A stretch of DNA of 63,777 nucleotides, filler included, from Reclinomonas americana ATCC 50394 (lineage: Eukaryota), in the NCBI GenBank assembly GCA_048213135.1. It is 15 parts of 15 records of this genome, joined end to end, with 100 filler letters (N's around TTAATTAATTAA, not from the genome) between each part and the next. Parts side by side here need not be neighbours in the genome. Positions count along the whole stretch, not along the records: positions 28,242 to 32,993 come from AFZH01021624.1; positions 33,094 to 36,056 come from AFZH01021625.1; positions 36,157 to 41,866 come from AFZH01021626.1; positions 41,967 to 44,728 come from AFZH01021627.1; 11 more parts are not named here. One strand, 5' to 3'. Below the pieces are notes generated by a model that saw only the letters and a list, made by a program, of their open reading frames with translations, ran no database searches and was not told the DNA's origin. Position 1 is the first letter of the stretch. Each line of letters begins with the position of its first letter. Below are positions 32,051 to 43,200 of the stretch, one piece after another. Both the position numbers and the translations under genes were made by a program.

Positions 32051-32993
32051 TCAGGCCGCATCATTCGCGGGTGCGTGGCCGGGCACGATATAGGTCCCGT
32101 AGGCAGTCCGGATAATATCGCCTTTGGCATCCATCCTGCGCAACGTCGTCCGCGCCGTGCCGGGCTTGATCTCGAGCGCAGCTGCGACTTCGGCTGGAGC
32201 GACAGACCGTCCCTGGGCGATGATGAACTCGATGATCCGCTGTTGCTCGGGAAAAAGGGATGTGACGTCCTGACCCTGAACCGGGCGCCAGCACATGGCC
32301 TGGCGGTCGAAGGCAACGATCTCATCAACCTCCTCAATGTCGCGCCCGCGCGCCAGGAGACGGCAGTTGGTCCGGCCTCGCACCATAACCAAGCTTGTAT
32401 CGGCAGCGCCCAGCACGCCAACCGTGCCGAGGATACGCTGATGCGCATCGCGCCCACCGGATCCCTTCGAGAGATGATGAACGAGGATGATTCCGATCCT
32501 CGCTAGGTCCGCGATCTCGCGGAGGCGAGAGATCTCCTCATAGGCACCCTGGTACGACGATCTCGGCGCCAGCGGTCGAATCCGCTCGAACACATCGACG
32601 ATAATCGCGCGGGGCCGGGGGCAGGTCCTTGCCCAGTCGAGCATGGCTTCAGCGCCACCCTGATCGAGCCGGTCCCAAGTTGTCGTCAGGGCAAGACGCG
32701 ACGGCCAGCCTGTGCTGCCGAGCATGCTGCTCAGGCGACCGTGAAGGCGGGCTTCGTTGTCTTCCAGAGCCAGATACAGAACTTCGCCGGGCAGACAGCT
32801 CCTTTCGCCGAGGCAGCCCACGCCGCGGGCGATGGATGCGGCGACGTCGAGCGCCAGCCAGGACTTCCCGGCCTTTGGCTCGCCGGCGAGGAGGGTCACA
32901 CCCTTCGGGATAAGGCGATCGACGAGGAAGTCGGTGGGGGGATAGGTTCGGGCGCTGAGCTGATCAGCTGTGACGATGGTGCCAGAGCCTGAA
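32051..32993 (-). CDS. AAA_25 / RepA-like SF4 helicase with a C-terminal wHTH; 5' truncated
   Basis: Motifs LLAGEPKAGKSWLAL, VLYLALED, IIVDVF and ILVHHLSK; the frame is open to the contig edge. Confidence 0.85.
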
Positions 32994-33094
32994 NNNNNNN
33001 NNNNNNNNNNNNNNNNNNNNNNNNNNNNNNNNNNNNNTTAATTAATTAANNNNNNNNNNNNNNNNNNNNNNNNNNNNNNNNNNNNNNNNNNNNC

Positions 33095-33937
33095 GAACGC
33101 CGCAGTACCGGGCTCATGCAGGAGCTGGTCAAGGCGGCGAACACCATCGGGATGCTGGCCCAGCCGGTTGGGCAGCGGACGGGGTCGACCTACCGGCCTA
33201 TCGTCGTTCTGGGTGTGGTGCGGGTTGATACGAAGGCGACAATCACCGGCGAATACATCGACACGGTCAGTCGCGAGGCCTTCAAGGTCACGGTCAAGGG
33301 CACGGACATTTCGTTGTCGCCGGGCGACATCATCGGGTTGCAGGACGGCATCGTCTCGTATGTCGATCCGCTCACCCTGGTACCCATGCAGTTTCGCGAT
33401 GGTGGCGCGGTCGAGCCGTTCCAAAATATCGGGTCCGATCCGGGGACTGCCGCGCCGTCCAGCCGTCTGTCGCCAGGCGCAGAGTTGATCAAGAGGCGAG
33501 CGCCGGGTGTCGTCGTGAAACCTCCCCGGGCGCCGGCGGGTGACCTGACACAAGGGGAAGTTCGCCACTTCGGCGAGGATGGCGAGACGCTCCTGCGACT
33601 TCTCGCGATCTATGGACCACTGATCGGGCAGTATGCGCGAGAGCAGGTTCGCAAGCCGAAGGAAGTTTGCCTGCGGCTCAATCGCGAGGGGCACCGGACC
33701 ATGGCGGGAGCGACATGGACGAACCGGCTCGTCTACTTCCTGCTCAAGCTGCTGTTCGAGAGGCCGGCCAGGCCCGCCGCCGCAACACAACGCCCTGCGA
33801 CGTCGATGAGCCGCGGAAATCCGCGCCGATCGTCTCAGGTTGCCAGCGAGATTGAAGGCGAAGGGGCCGAGCAAGCCCTGATAGCAAAGCTCGGGCAGTT
33901 GGGACGCGTGACGGTTGCGAAACCGCGCTCCCGCTGA
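33095..33937 (+). CDS. Hypothetical protein, probably 5' truncated
   Basis: The frame is open from the contig edge and converges on the integrase. No recognised domain. Confidence 0.5.
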   Translation, partial: ERRSTGLMQELVKAANTIGMLAQPVGQRTGSTYRPIVVLGVVRVDTKATITGEYIDTVSREAFKVTVKGTDISLSPGDIIGLQDGIVSYVDPLTLVPMQFRDGGAVEPFQNIGSDPGTAAPSSRLSPGAELIKRRAPGVVVKPPRAPAGDLTQGEVRHFGEDGETLLRLLAIYGPLIGQYAREQVRKPKEVCLRLNREGHRTMAGATWTNRLVYFLLKLLFERPARPAAATQRPATSMSRGNPRRSSQVASEIEGEGAEQALIAKLGQLGRVTVAKPRSR

Positions 33938-33973
33938 TGTGTCAGGGGGAGCGCAATCTCCGAGCGGTTGCGA

Positions 33974-35947
33974 TCAGTCCTGGTCGTCGAAGCTGGCGGG
34001 GGGAGCCTTGGCGATCGCCTCTAGAATGCGATCGATATCAATCGGGATCACCAGCCGGTCGATGTTCTCTTTCAGCATCGCCAAGGCCTGCCCCTTATTA
34101 TAGACGCGGAAGGTCGACTTGCGGCGTGGGCTCATGTGACCGACGATCTCCTCCGCATGTTCCTGCGGGACCTTCGCGCGATGGAGCAGCGTGCAGACAC
34201 TGTGCCTGAAGGCATGGAAATCGAGCTCGAGTGGAAAGCCCGCTGCGATCTTGAAGTCTGAAAAGCGCCGACCGGGAGCCGCGCCCCACGAGTTCTGCTG
34301 GTTCGCGGCGGTGATCTCCGGAAACAGCCGCTCGGCGCCATCGCGACCCTCGACGCGCGCGGCCAGGAAACCAAGGCGCAACAGATTATCGTGCAGTGGC
34401 ACGAACCGCCGGCTCGGCTTGTCCCGGCGCTTGTCGCCCTTCAATTTCAGCGTCTTGTCGGTCTTGAGGTCGAAGTACCAGATACCGGTCTCTTCATCGC
34501 GCACGACGTGCCGGACACGCAGCTGGAAGATCTCCTCGCGCCGCATCCCGTGATGGGCTGCGATGATGACGCCCCACCAGAGCGGCGTCCGCGGAATGCA
34601 GGTGCCGATCGTCAGCCGATCGCGCTCCGAGCGACACCCGACAAAAAACGGCAGAGAGAACAGCTTTTCTTGCTGTTCCAGCTCCCACATGTCGCGGGCG
34701 CCCTTTTCGCGAAAGAGCGAACCTTCTTCCTCATCATCGTTCGTATCGACGGGCAGAAACAGGCCCTTCGTTGGTGTCTCCGCACCCGCGGGGACGGCGC
34801 CGTTGTCGATGCCGTATTCCCAGAGCAGGTTGAACAGGGAGAGATGCCGGTTGATGGTTTTTCCCTTCAGCTTCGGGATCTTCTCATCGTAGGGCTTGCC
34901 CTGGTCGAGGGCCATTGCCAGTTCAATCACATGCTTGAAGGAGCTTCCGTCCTTCAACATCCGTCCGAACTCGCCCCGGATGTACTGGGACGGCAGCTTC
35001 TGCAGCTGCCTGATCAGGTTGGAGATATGCGGCCGGGTAATCTGGTCGAGGGCGACGTCGCCGCAGAACTCGATCAGCAGCTTGTAGGTGCTCTTGCCCT
35101 GGATGGCCTGGGCATTGTCGATCCGCTTCTTCTCCACGGCATCGCTCAAGAAGGTCGACCAGATCTGGGACAGCCGAAGCCCTTTCCAGCTTGGTACCAC
35201 CACCGTGGGCGTAGCTGCATCGGTAACCGGACCGTCGGCCGTCTCGTCTCGGGCCTCGATCGCGCCGGTCCCCGCACGCTCTTGTCCGATCACCCAGGAG
35301 AGCGGCATCCGGTCCTGCACGCGCTCGCCGGGCTTCGCCGACCGCAGGCTCGCGTGGATCTGGGCGGGCGTCAGCGGGCAGTCCGCCGGCGGCGTGACGT
35401 CTCCCTCCCAGGAGATCGTGACCGAAGTGTCCTCACTCGAGGGCAGCGTGGCATACATGTCGGCAAAGCCTTCGGCGGCATGAATGCGGGCGCGGGTCAG
35501 CGCGTTCGTCACCAGCGCGGTCCGGATCTCGTCAGCTGACAGGTCGGCCGGGATTATTCCCTCGCGCATCGCCTGGTGGAGAAAGGCCGAAAGGCCCATC
35601 ATCTTGGCGCGCTGGTCCGTCGCATTTTCGAGAGGGTGGGCGGGTTGGCCTGCTGCGACGCGTCCGAGGACCGCGTCCTCATGCCTCGTCCAGGTGGCAC
35701 TTGCGATGCTGGCCTCCGCCAGAGAGCGGACTGCCTCTCGCGTCATCGCCGGGTTCGCACGGATCGTCATGAAGAGGGTCTCCGTCGCCTGCCACAGGGC
35801 TGATGCCATGCGGCGGGCTTCTCCGGGGGTAGCCCGGCCCAGGGACCTGACGATCTCGGTGGCACCGATTCGCGCTTTCAGATCCTGGGGGATTTTACGC
35901 CGAAACAGGGTAGTCGCCCCGCGACGCCGAGAACAAACGGTGATCAT
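33974..35947 (-). CDS. Tyrosine recombinase/integrase with an N-terminal DUF6538-like domain
   Basis: N-terminal FRRKIPQDL...EIVRSLG; catalytic GMRREEI, FHAFRH, VGH and a downstream Tyr (RVYNK). Confidence 0.9.
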   Translation of the reverse strand: MITVCSRRRGATTLFRRKIPQDLKARIGATEIVRSLGRATPGEARRMASALWQATETLFMTIRANPAMTREAVRSLAEASIASATWTRHEDAVLGRVAAGQPAHPLENATDQRAKMMGLSAFLHQAMREGIIPADLSADEIRTALVTNALTRARIHAAEGFADMYATLPSSEDTSVTISWEGDVTPPADCPLTPAQIHASLRSAKPGERVQDRMPLSWVIGQERAGTGAIEARDETADGPVTDAATPTVVVPSWKGLRLSQIWSTFLSDAVEKKRIDNAQAIQGKSTYKLLIEFCGDVALDQITRPHISNLIRQLQKLPSQYIRGEFGRMLKDGSSFKHVIELAMALDQGKPYDEKIPKLKGKTINRHLSLFNLLWEYGIDNGAVPAGAETPTKGLFLPVDTNDDEEEGSLFREKGARDMWELEQQEKLFSLPFFVGCRSERDRLTIGTCIPRTPLWWGVIIAAHHGMRREEIFQLRVRHVVRDEETGIWYFDLKTDKTLKLKGDKRRDKPSRRFVPLHDNLLRLGFLAARVEGRDGAERLFPEITAANQQNSWGAAPGRRFSDFKIAAGFPLELDFHAFRHSVCTLLHRAKVPQEHAEEIVGHMSPRRKSTFRVYNKGQALAMLKENIDRLVIPIDIDRILEAIAKAPPASFDDQD

Positions 35948-35981
35948 AGTAAACGCGGCCCATCAGACGCAGCTTGAGTGC

Positions 35982-36002
35982 GGTGGACCTGTCTGGTGGA
36001 CC
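35982..36002. repeat. GGTGGACC direct repeat upstream of the integrase (candidate arm-type sites)
   Basis: Copies at 35982-35989 and 35995-36002. Confidence 0.4.
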
Positions 36003-36175
36003 CATGCGCCTTGAGGGCACCGAACAGGCGCGCAAAAAGACTCAAGGAAATCAGCGNNNNNNNNNNNNNNNNNNNNNNNNNNNNNNNNNNNNNNNNNNNN
36101 TTAATTAATTAANNNNNNNNNNNNNNNNNNNNNNNNNNNNNNNNNNNNNNNNNNNNTCGTCTCTCTCTCTCTCTC

Positions 36176-36265
<90 letters not shown>

Positions 36266-36380
36266 CTCCCCTTCCTCCCTCCCCTTCCTCTCTCCCCTCC
36301 CTCTCCCTCCCCTTCCTCTCTCCCCTTACTCCCTCTCCTCCACCTATCCCTCCTGCCCTTCTCTCACTTGCTCGCCGCAG

Positions 36381-37578
36381 CCGACCTGCTGTCCCCGGAG
36401 GAACCCGATCGCATCTTCACCGACTTGGTGAAGCTGGACGAGGGCTCGAGCGGTGCCGTGTATCGCGGTGTCGACAGTCGCGACGGAACGGTGGTGGCCA
36501 TCAAGATCATTCAGATTCGTGCCGACACCAAGCTGGAGTCGCTGGAGAACGAAATTGCCATTCTGCAGACATGCGTGCACCCCAACATTGTGAAGTACAT
36601 TGGATCGTACTCGAAGGGCTCGGATCTGTGGGTGCGTATAAGCGCTGCTGCTCCTCACTGTCGCTTTGATGGCTGACTCAATCCTCGAAACCCCCCACAC
36701 GCACACACAGCTGGTGATGGAGTTTATGCAAGGCGGCAAGCTGACCGACGCGCTGCTTCCTCGGCGGTTCAATGAGGCGGAGATTGCCACTGTGTGCTTG
36801 CATTCGTTGCGCGGACTGGGCTACTTGCACGAGGCACAGCTGGTCCATCGTGATATCAAGAGTGACAATGTGTTGCTGGGTGCGAGGGGAGAGATCAAAG
36901 TTGGTGAGTTTGAATTGGGAAAGGGCAAAGTTTGTGTGATTTATTTTCCGTCTCAGGGACGAGAGAGTCTCTCTGTGCATCGCACTGTTACTTACTCTTC
37001 TCTCGACGCTCGCAGCGGACTTTGGTTTCTGCGCGGAGCTCACGGAGGGTGCTCAGAAGCGCCGTTCAGTGGTCGGCACACCGTACTGGATGGCGCCGGA
37101 GGTGATTCGTGGCATCGACTACGACACAAAAGTGGACATTTGGAGCATGGGCATTATGGCGCTGGAGTTGGCCGAGGGCGAGCCACCGCTGTTGGACTTG
37201 CCGCCGCTGCGAGTTTCGTGGGCGGTGGAGAGTGCAGTGTTTAGCAACTTCCCTTTCTGCGTGTGCACACATCGTTGCTCATCGGCGTATCGATCCTCCC
37301 TTGTGTGCTATATCCCCCTTCCTCCTCCCTTCCTCCCCCGTTCCCTTGTCCACTCATCCCTTCTTTTTTTTCGGCAGGCCCTCTTCGTGATCGCCACACA
37401 ACCACCCCCAACGCTGAAGGATGCCAGTCGCTGGACGCCCGAGTTCCGCGACTTTTTGGCTCGCTGCCTGGCCAAGCTGCCACAGCAACGCGCGACGGCT
37501 GCGGAGCTGCTGGCGCATCCGTTCATTGCCGGTGCATCGGAGGACACGAGCTTTATCCGCGATCTCATCCCTCGCTAG
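36381..37578 (+). CDS. PAK/STE20 family Ser/Thr kinase; 5' partial, 4 exons
   Basis: Exons at 36381-36631, 36711-36903, 37016-37212 and 37378-37578; motifs VAIK, HRDIKSDNVLL, ADFGFCA, VGTPYWMAPE and AEGEPP. Confidence 0.93.
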
Positions 37579-37827
37579 TGTGGATCAACAGCATGCATGC
37601 CCGCCCGCCTGCTTGTCAGGAGGCCTTGGTGTTGGTCGCTTTGTTTTCGCTTTCTCGCTGCCGCTGTTTCTTTCCCCCCTTCTACTTTTGCTCCTGCTTG
37701 TACACACGCACACTTATCGTTACCCTGTCAAGGAAAGAATATGAACCAAAAAATGTATGTACCCGCTTGCTTACAATGAAGAGAAAGAAGGTGAATGTTT
37801 CCTTGTTCTCCAACTGTTTATTGCAGC

Positions 37828-38919
37828 TCACAATCGGCTATTGGCAAAGCATCGATGGACGACCACCTCCGCCTCCTCCACCACAAAGCACCGCAGCACA
37901 ATCTCCACCAGACAGCGCTGCTCATCCTCGTCACCCCCTTCCACGCCTTGTTGCATCTCTTGCACGACGCGCATGGCCGACCGCGCACAGTCGAGCTCCT
38001 GCTGCGCGAGATCAAAGGGAGTGGACCACACCCGCACAGTCATGTCCTGGCCACCCGCACTCGCAATGTGGCGACCGTCGAGGGAGACAGCGACAGAATA
38101 CACTGGACCAGAGTGTCCCTCCAACCGTCGTACCTCCTCTCCGCTCGCCATCGACCACACTCGCACTGTCATATCTCGACTTCCGCTCACAACATGTTGG
38201 CCGTCGGTGGAGACGGCGAGAGAGCTCACCTCGCTCGTGTGCCCCTCCAGCCGCTGCACTTCCTCGCCTGTTGCCAGCGACCACACCCGGACCGTGAGGT
38301 CCCGACCACCGCTCACCACATGCAGCCCGTCGGGAGTGACAGCGACTGACCGCACCAAGTGAGTGTGCCCCACAAACCGGCGCACTTCCTCCCCGCTCCT
38401 CACAGACCACATGCGAATGGTTTTATCTCCACTTCCGCTCACGACATGCTGACTGTCGGGCGTGACGGCGACAGACCACACGATACCCGAGTGTCCCTTC
38501 AACAGCTGCACCTCGTCTCCACTCTCCAGTGACCACACTCGCACATTCGTGTCGAAACTGCCGCTCACGACATGCTGACCGTCGGGGGTGACAGTGATAG
38601 AGAACACAGTGTCAGTGTGACCTTTCAAAAGCCGCACTTCGTCACCACTCGCCAGTGACCACACTCGCACAGTGAAATCCCGACCACCACTGACAATGTG
38701 CTGGCCGTTGGGAGTGAGGGCGACACACATTGCGACGCGCGTGTGACCCATCAATCGTCGCACTTCTGCGCCACTCTCCACTGACCACACTCGCACTGAC
38801 ATGTCGGCTCCACAACTCACAATGTGCATGCCGTCGGCAGTGACAGCGATGGAGTACACACTGTTTGTGTGTCCGCGCAGGCACTTGCTGGGGAGAGAGG
38901 GTGGAGGTGGCGAGGACAT
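37828..38919 (-). CDS. WD40 array copy 1 (7 blades + conserved tail)
   Basis: Intronless; seven 42-aa GH...SG.D.TVRVWS repeats. Confidence 0.9.
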   Translation of the reverse strand: MSSPPPPSLPSKCLRGHTNSVYSIAVTADGMHIVSCGADMSVRVWSVESGAEVRRLMGHTRVAMCVALTPNGQHIVSGGRDFTVRVWSLASGDEVRLLKGHTDTVFSITVTPDGQHVVSGSFDTNVRVWSLESGDEVQLLKGHSGIVWSVAVTPDSQHVVSGSGDKTIRMWSVRSGEEVRRFVGHTHLVRSVAVTPDGLHVVSGGRDLTVRVWSLATGEEVQRLEGHTSEVSSLAVSTDGQHVVSGSRDMTVRVWSMASGEEVRRLEGHSGPVYSVAVSLDGRHIASAGGQDMTVRVWSTPFDLAQQELDCARSAMRVVQEMQQGVEGGDEDEQRCLVEIVLRCFVVEEAEVVVHRCFANSRL

Positions 38920-39179
38920 GGTGCGTGCGAGAGAGGTACGTACGTAAGAAGCTGTAAGAGAGAGAGAGAGTGTTGCTTGTCCTCCACGGCAGGGACATAT
39001 GTTGTCGAAAAGCACGTCAGCGACCCGTGGGTGAATTTTTACTGCACGGAAACTGCAGGGAAGGCAACACTGCTTTTGCAGTCACCACATATAACCTCGT
39101 GAGAAAAAATGCACGGAAAGGAAAGAGAGAAAGAGAGAAGGACGCTCTTCCATGCCAGGTGAAGTTCACTGCATCACGA

Positions 39180-39897
39180 TCACAGTCGGAGACTGCTGTC
39201 AGTAAAGCACCGATAAACCACGACCTCTGCCTCCTCCACCAGAAAGCAGCGCAGCACAATCTCCACCAAGCAGCGCTGCTCCTCCGCATCACTTACTTCC
39301 ACATCTTGTTGCATCTCCTGCACCACGCGCATGGCCGTCCGCGCACAGTCGAGCTCCTGCTGAGCGAGCCCAAATGGAGTGGACCACACCCGCACACTCA
39401 TGTCCTGACCACCTGCACTCGCAATGTGGCGACCGTCGGGGGAGACAGCGACGTAATACACATCACGAGTGTGTCCCTCCAACCGACGCAGCTCATCTCC
39501 ACTCGCCAGTGACCACACTCGCGCTGTCTTGTCCTGGCTTCCGCTCACTATATACTGGCCATCAGGAGTGACGACGACAGTATATCCACGAAGAGTGTCC
39601 CTCCAATCGTCGAACTTCCTCGCCAGTCGCCAGCGACCACACTCGCACCGTTCTGTCAGCGCTCCCGCTCACTACATGCTGATCATCGGGAGTGATGGCG
39701 ACACACATAACTGCGAGCACGTGACCCACCATTCGCCGCAGCTCTTCTCCACTCTCCACAGACCACACTCGAACTGTGAGGTCGGCTCCACCACTCACAA
39801 TGTTCATGCCGTCGGGAGTGACGGCGACGGAGTACACACAGCCTGTGTGTCCGCGCAGGGTCTTGCAGGGGAGAGGGAGTGGAGGAGGAGACGACAT
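39180..39897 (-). pseudogene. WD40 array copy 2 (4 blades, frameshift near 39575)
   Basis: Two ORF halves in different frames, and about 3 repeats shorter than its siblings. Confidence 0.75.
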
Positions 39898-40231
39898 CGA
39901 GTGCGTGCGCGTGACTCGTGATTTGTCGCTTGTCCTCCACGGAAGGGACATATCTTGCCGGAGACTTGCGTCGTCGCTTGTCAACGCTGTGATGCAACAT
40001 GACGGAGTTTACTGAACGGAAACTGAAGCAGCGGGATAGATCCCCGTTGCGTTCACAAGAGAGCGTGAATGTCTCGAGAGGGACTATCGTGAAAACGGAC
40101 AGACTGTGAAAAGGGAGGAGGAACGAGGGAAAGAGGGAGGGAGGGAGGGAGGGAGGGAGGGAGACAGAGAGGGAGGGAGAGAGAGAGAGAGAGTCACTCT
40201 TCCATAACAGGCGAAACTCGCTGCACCACGA

Positions 40232-41555
40232 TCACAGTCCGAGACTGCTGTCAGAGAAGCACCGATTAACCACGACCTCAGCCTCCTCAACCAAGAAACA
40301 GCGAAGCACAATCTCCACCAGGCATCGTGAATTCTCATCGTCACCCTCTTCCACTTTTTGCTGCATCTCCTGCACGATGCGCATGGCCGTCCGCGCACAC
40401 CCCTGCTCCTGACGAGCGAGCCCGCACGGCGTCGACCACAAACGCACCGTCGTATCCAAACCACCACTCATTAGTTTTGACCCGACGGTGAATGTGACAG
40501 GATGCAGCTCTTTGACCCTTAACCCTTAACCCGGGGGCCCCTACCCTTGACCCTTTGCTCTTGACCGTTGGCTTCCTGGGCCCTTGACCCTTAACCCGAG
40601 TGTGGGGCAAAAGTTGTGTCTTGCGCAAGTCGCGAAATGTAAGTAGAGACTCCGATTTGCATGACCAACTGTCGCAGTGCATCTTCACATTACTAGATAC
40701 AATGTGCTCACCGTCACGTGCAACGGTGACAGCATACACATCACCAGCGTGTCCCCCCAGCCGTCGCACTTCCTCGCCACTCGCCAGTGACCACACGCGT
40801 ACAGTTCTGTCACCGCTCCCGCTCACTACATGTTGGCCGTCGGGAGTGACGCTGACTGACCACACGGTGTCAGTGTGACCTTTCAACTGCCGAAGCTCCT
40901 CTCCACTCGAAAGTGACCACAGCCGCAGTATTCTGTCCTCGCCGCCGCTCACAATTAAGCAACTGTCTGGCGTGATGGCGACCGACCGCACCCCATTTGT
41001 ATGGCCTTCCAACCGTCGCACTTCCTCGCCACTCACCAGAGACCACACACGCACCGTGGTGTCAGCGCTGCCACTCACGACATGCTGACCATCGGGAGTG
41101 ACAGCGATTGAATGCACATTGCTAGTGTGTCCCTCCAGTCGCCGCATCTCCTCTCCGCTCGCCAGTGACCACACCCGCACTGTCATGTCCTGGCCTCCGC
41201 TCACGACGTGCTGGCCATCGGGAGTGACGACGGCAGATAACACCCACGCAGAGTGTCCTTTCATCAGCCGCAATTCCTCACCATTTGCCAGCGACCACAC
41301 TCGCACAGTTCTATCAGCGCTCCCGCTCACTATGTGCTGACCATCGAGAGTGAGGGCGACAGACATCACCCACCCAGTGTGTCCCTCCAATCGCCGCACT
41401 TCAGCGCCGCTTTCCACTGACCAGAAGGTCACTTCCGTGCCGGCTCCACCACTCACGAAGTGCAGCCCATCAGCAGTGAAGGCGAAAGAAAACACACTGT
41501 CTGTGTGCCCGCGCAAACACTTGCAGGGCAGAGAAGGCGGAGGAGGAGACGCCAT
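40232..41555 (-). pseudogene. WD40 array copy 3, disrupted by a 229-bp insertion in blade 7
   Basis: HIV|SGGLDTTVRLW is split by the insertion relative to the paralogue at ~45130. Confidence 0.85.
40471..40699 (-). mobile_element. Small insertion, Helitron-like ends, internal TTAAGGG/TCAAGGG repeats
   Basis: Absent from the paralogue. The minus strand reads A|TCTAGT...GTCGGGTCAAAACTAA|T, with no clear target-site duplication. Confidence 0.5.
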
Positions 41556-41785
41556 CAAGTGCGTGTGCGTGACTCCGTCGTTCGTGATTTGTCGCTTGTC
41601 CTCCACGGCAGGGACATACGTTGTCGAAGACGAAGCACGTCAACGACCCGCTGGGTGAAACAACTGCACGGAAACTGAAGTAGCAGGGAAGGCAACACTG
41701 CTTTCGCAAATAAAGGGAGACAAAACGACGGACGCATACTATACAAACAAATGAGAAATTGGCAATAACAGAGAGAGAGAGAGAT

Positions 41786-41827
<42 letters not shown>

Positions 41828-41966
41828 AGAAAGAGTGGTCTCGACAAGAGACGGCCACTGCGTCACNNNNNNNNNNNNNNNNNNNNNNNNNNNNNNNNNN
41901 NNNNNNNNNNTTAATTAATTAANNNNNNNNNNNNNNNNNNNNNNNNNNNNNNNNNNNNNNNNNNNN

Positions 41967-42967
41967 AAGCAACGAGGATCCTCCTCGTCACCTCCATCCA
42001 CATCTTGTTGCATCCCTTGCACGATACGCATGGCCGTCCGCGCACAGTCGAGCTCATGGCCAACAAGACCACACGGCGTCGACCATACTCGCACAAGCGA
42101 GTCCCCACCCGCACTCACTACGTGCTGTCCATTGGGTGAGATGGCGACAGACCACACCGATCCGGTGTGTCCCTCCAACCGCTGCAGTTCCTCGCCAGTC
42201 GCCAGCGACCACACCCGCACTGTTTTGTCCCCACTCCCGCTCACTGCATGCTGCCCGTCGTAGGTGATGGCAACAGACGACACCCAGGCCGTATGGCCCT
42301 CCAGCCGTCGCACTTCTCGTCCACTCGCCAGTGACCACACCAGCAACGTCATGTCCACACTCGCACTCACGGCATGTTCACCATCGGGAGCGACAGCAAC
42401 TGACATCACCGCGCCCATATGCCCCGCGAACAGTTGCACCTGTTCTCCGCTCGCCAGTGACCACACGCGCACCGATGTGTCGTCACTCGCACTGACAACG
42501 ACGTGACCAGTGGGAGAGACGGCAACGGATCGCACAGCGCCCAAGTGCCTCTCCAACCGTCGCACCTCCTCGCCACTCTCCATTGCCCACACCCGCACAG
42601 TGTTGTCTCGGCCACCACTGACTATGTGCCGACCATCGGGTGTGACGGTGACGGACCACACCACACCAACGTGTCCCTCCAATCGCCACACTTCTGCGCC
42701 ACTCGCCAGCGACCACACGCGCACAGTGCCGTCAACACTACCACTGATAATCAACTCCCCACTGGGTGCAACAGCAACAGACCACACGAAGAGAGTGTGG
42801 CCTTCCAACCGACGCACTTCGTCGCCACTCGCCAGTGAACACACTCGCACTGTCTTGTTCTCATTCCCGCTCACCAAGTGCTGACCATCGGGAGTGACGG
42901 CGACAGACGACACCGTCAGAGCGTGCCCATCATGCAAGCACATGCAGGGGAAATACAAGGACGACAT
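41967..42967 (-). CDS. WD40 array copy 4; 3' truncated by a gap
   Basis: Seven repeats plus the start of the conserved tail. Confidence 0.88.
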
Positions 42968-43200
42968 GAGCGTGCGACAGTGTGTGGAGAATATGTCCTT
43001 CAGGGAAGGGACAAGACCACCTACACCCACAGTACGGGTACGGTAACTTGCCAACGCTGTAGAGAGTGCTGCTGCACGATTGTTTATTGCGTGTGAAGAA
43101 ACGGAACGACGAACTGAAGGATCGGCAGTGACGCAACAAACTTCAGAGGTGAGGGAGGGAGGAAGGGAGGAAGGGAGAGAGAGAGGAGAAAAGACGCTCT

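Larger units (their letters stand above)
18362..36056. mobile_element. Putative integrative mobilisable element / genomic island over four contigs; ends not visible
   Basis: Contains a relaxase, a RepA-like helicase, a tyrosine integrase, a TA pair and cargo, with no T4SS genes. Only the 28141/28242 join is proven, by sequence overlap. Confidence 0.55.

Noticed and set aside
13106..36056. Bacteria-to-eukaryote lateral gene transfer
   Set aside because: There is no contiguous junction, and the operons are intact with no introns.
40466..40700. Insertion as a newly gained intron (GTATCT...ACTAATGAG)
   Set aside because: Splicing at these sites would delete 5 coding nt relative to the paralogue and shift the frame.
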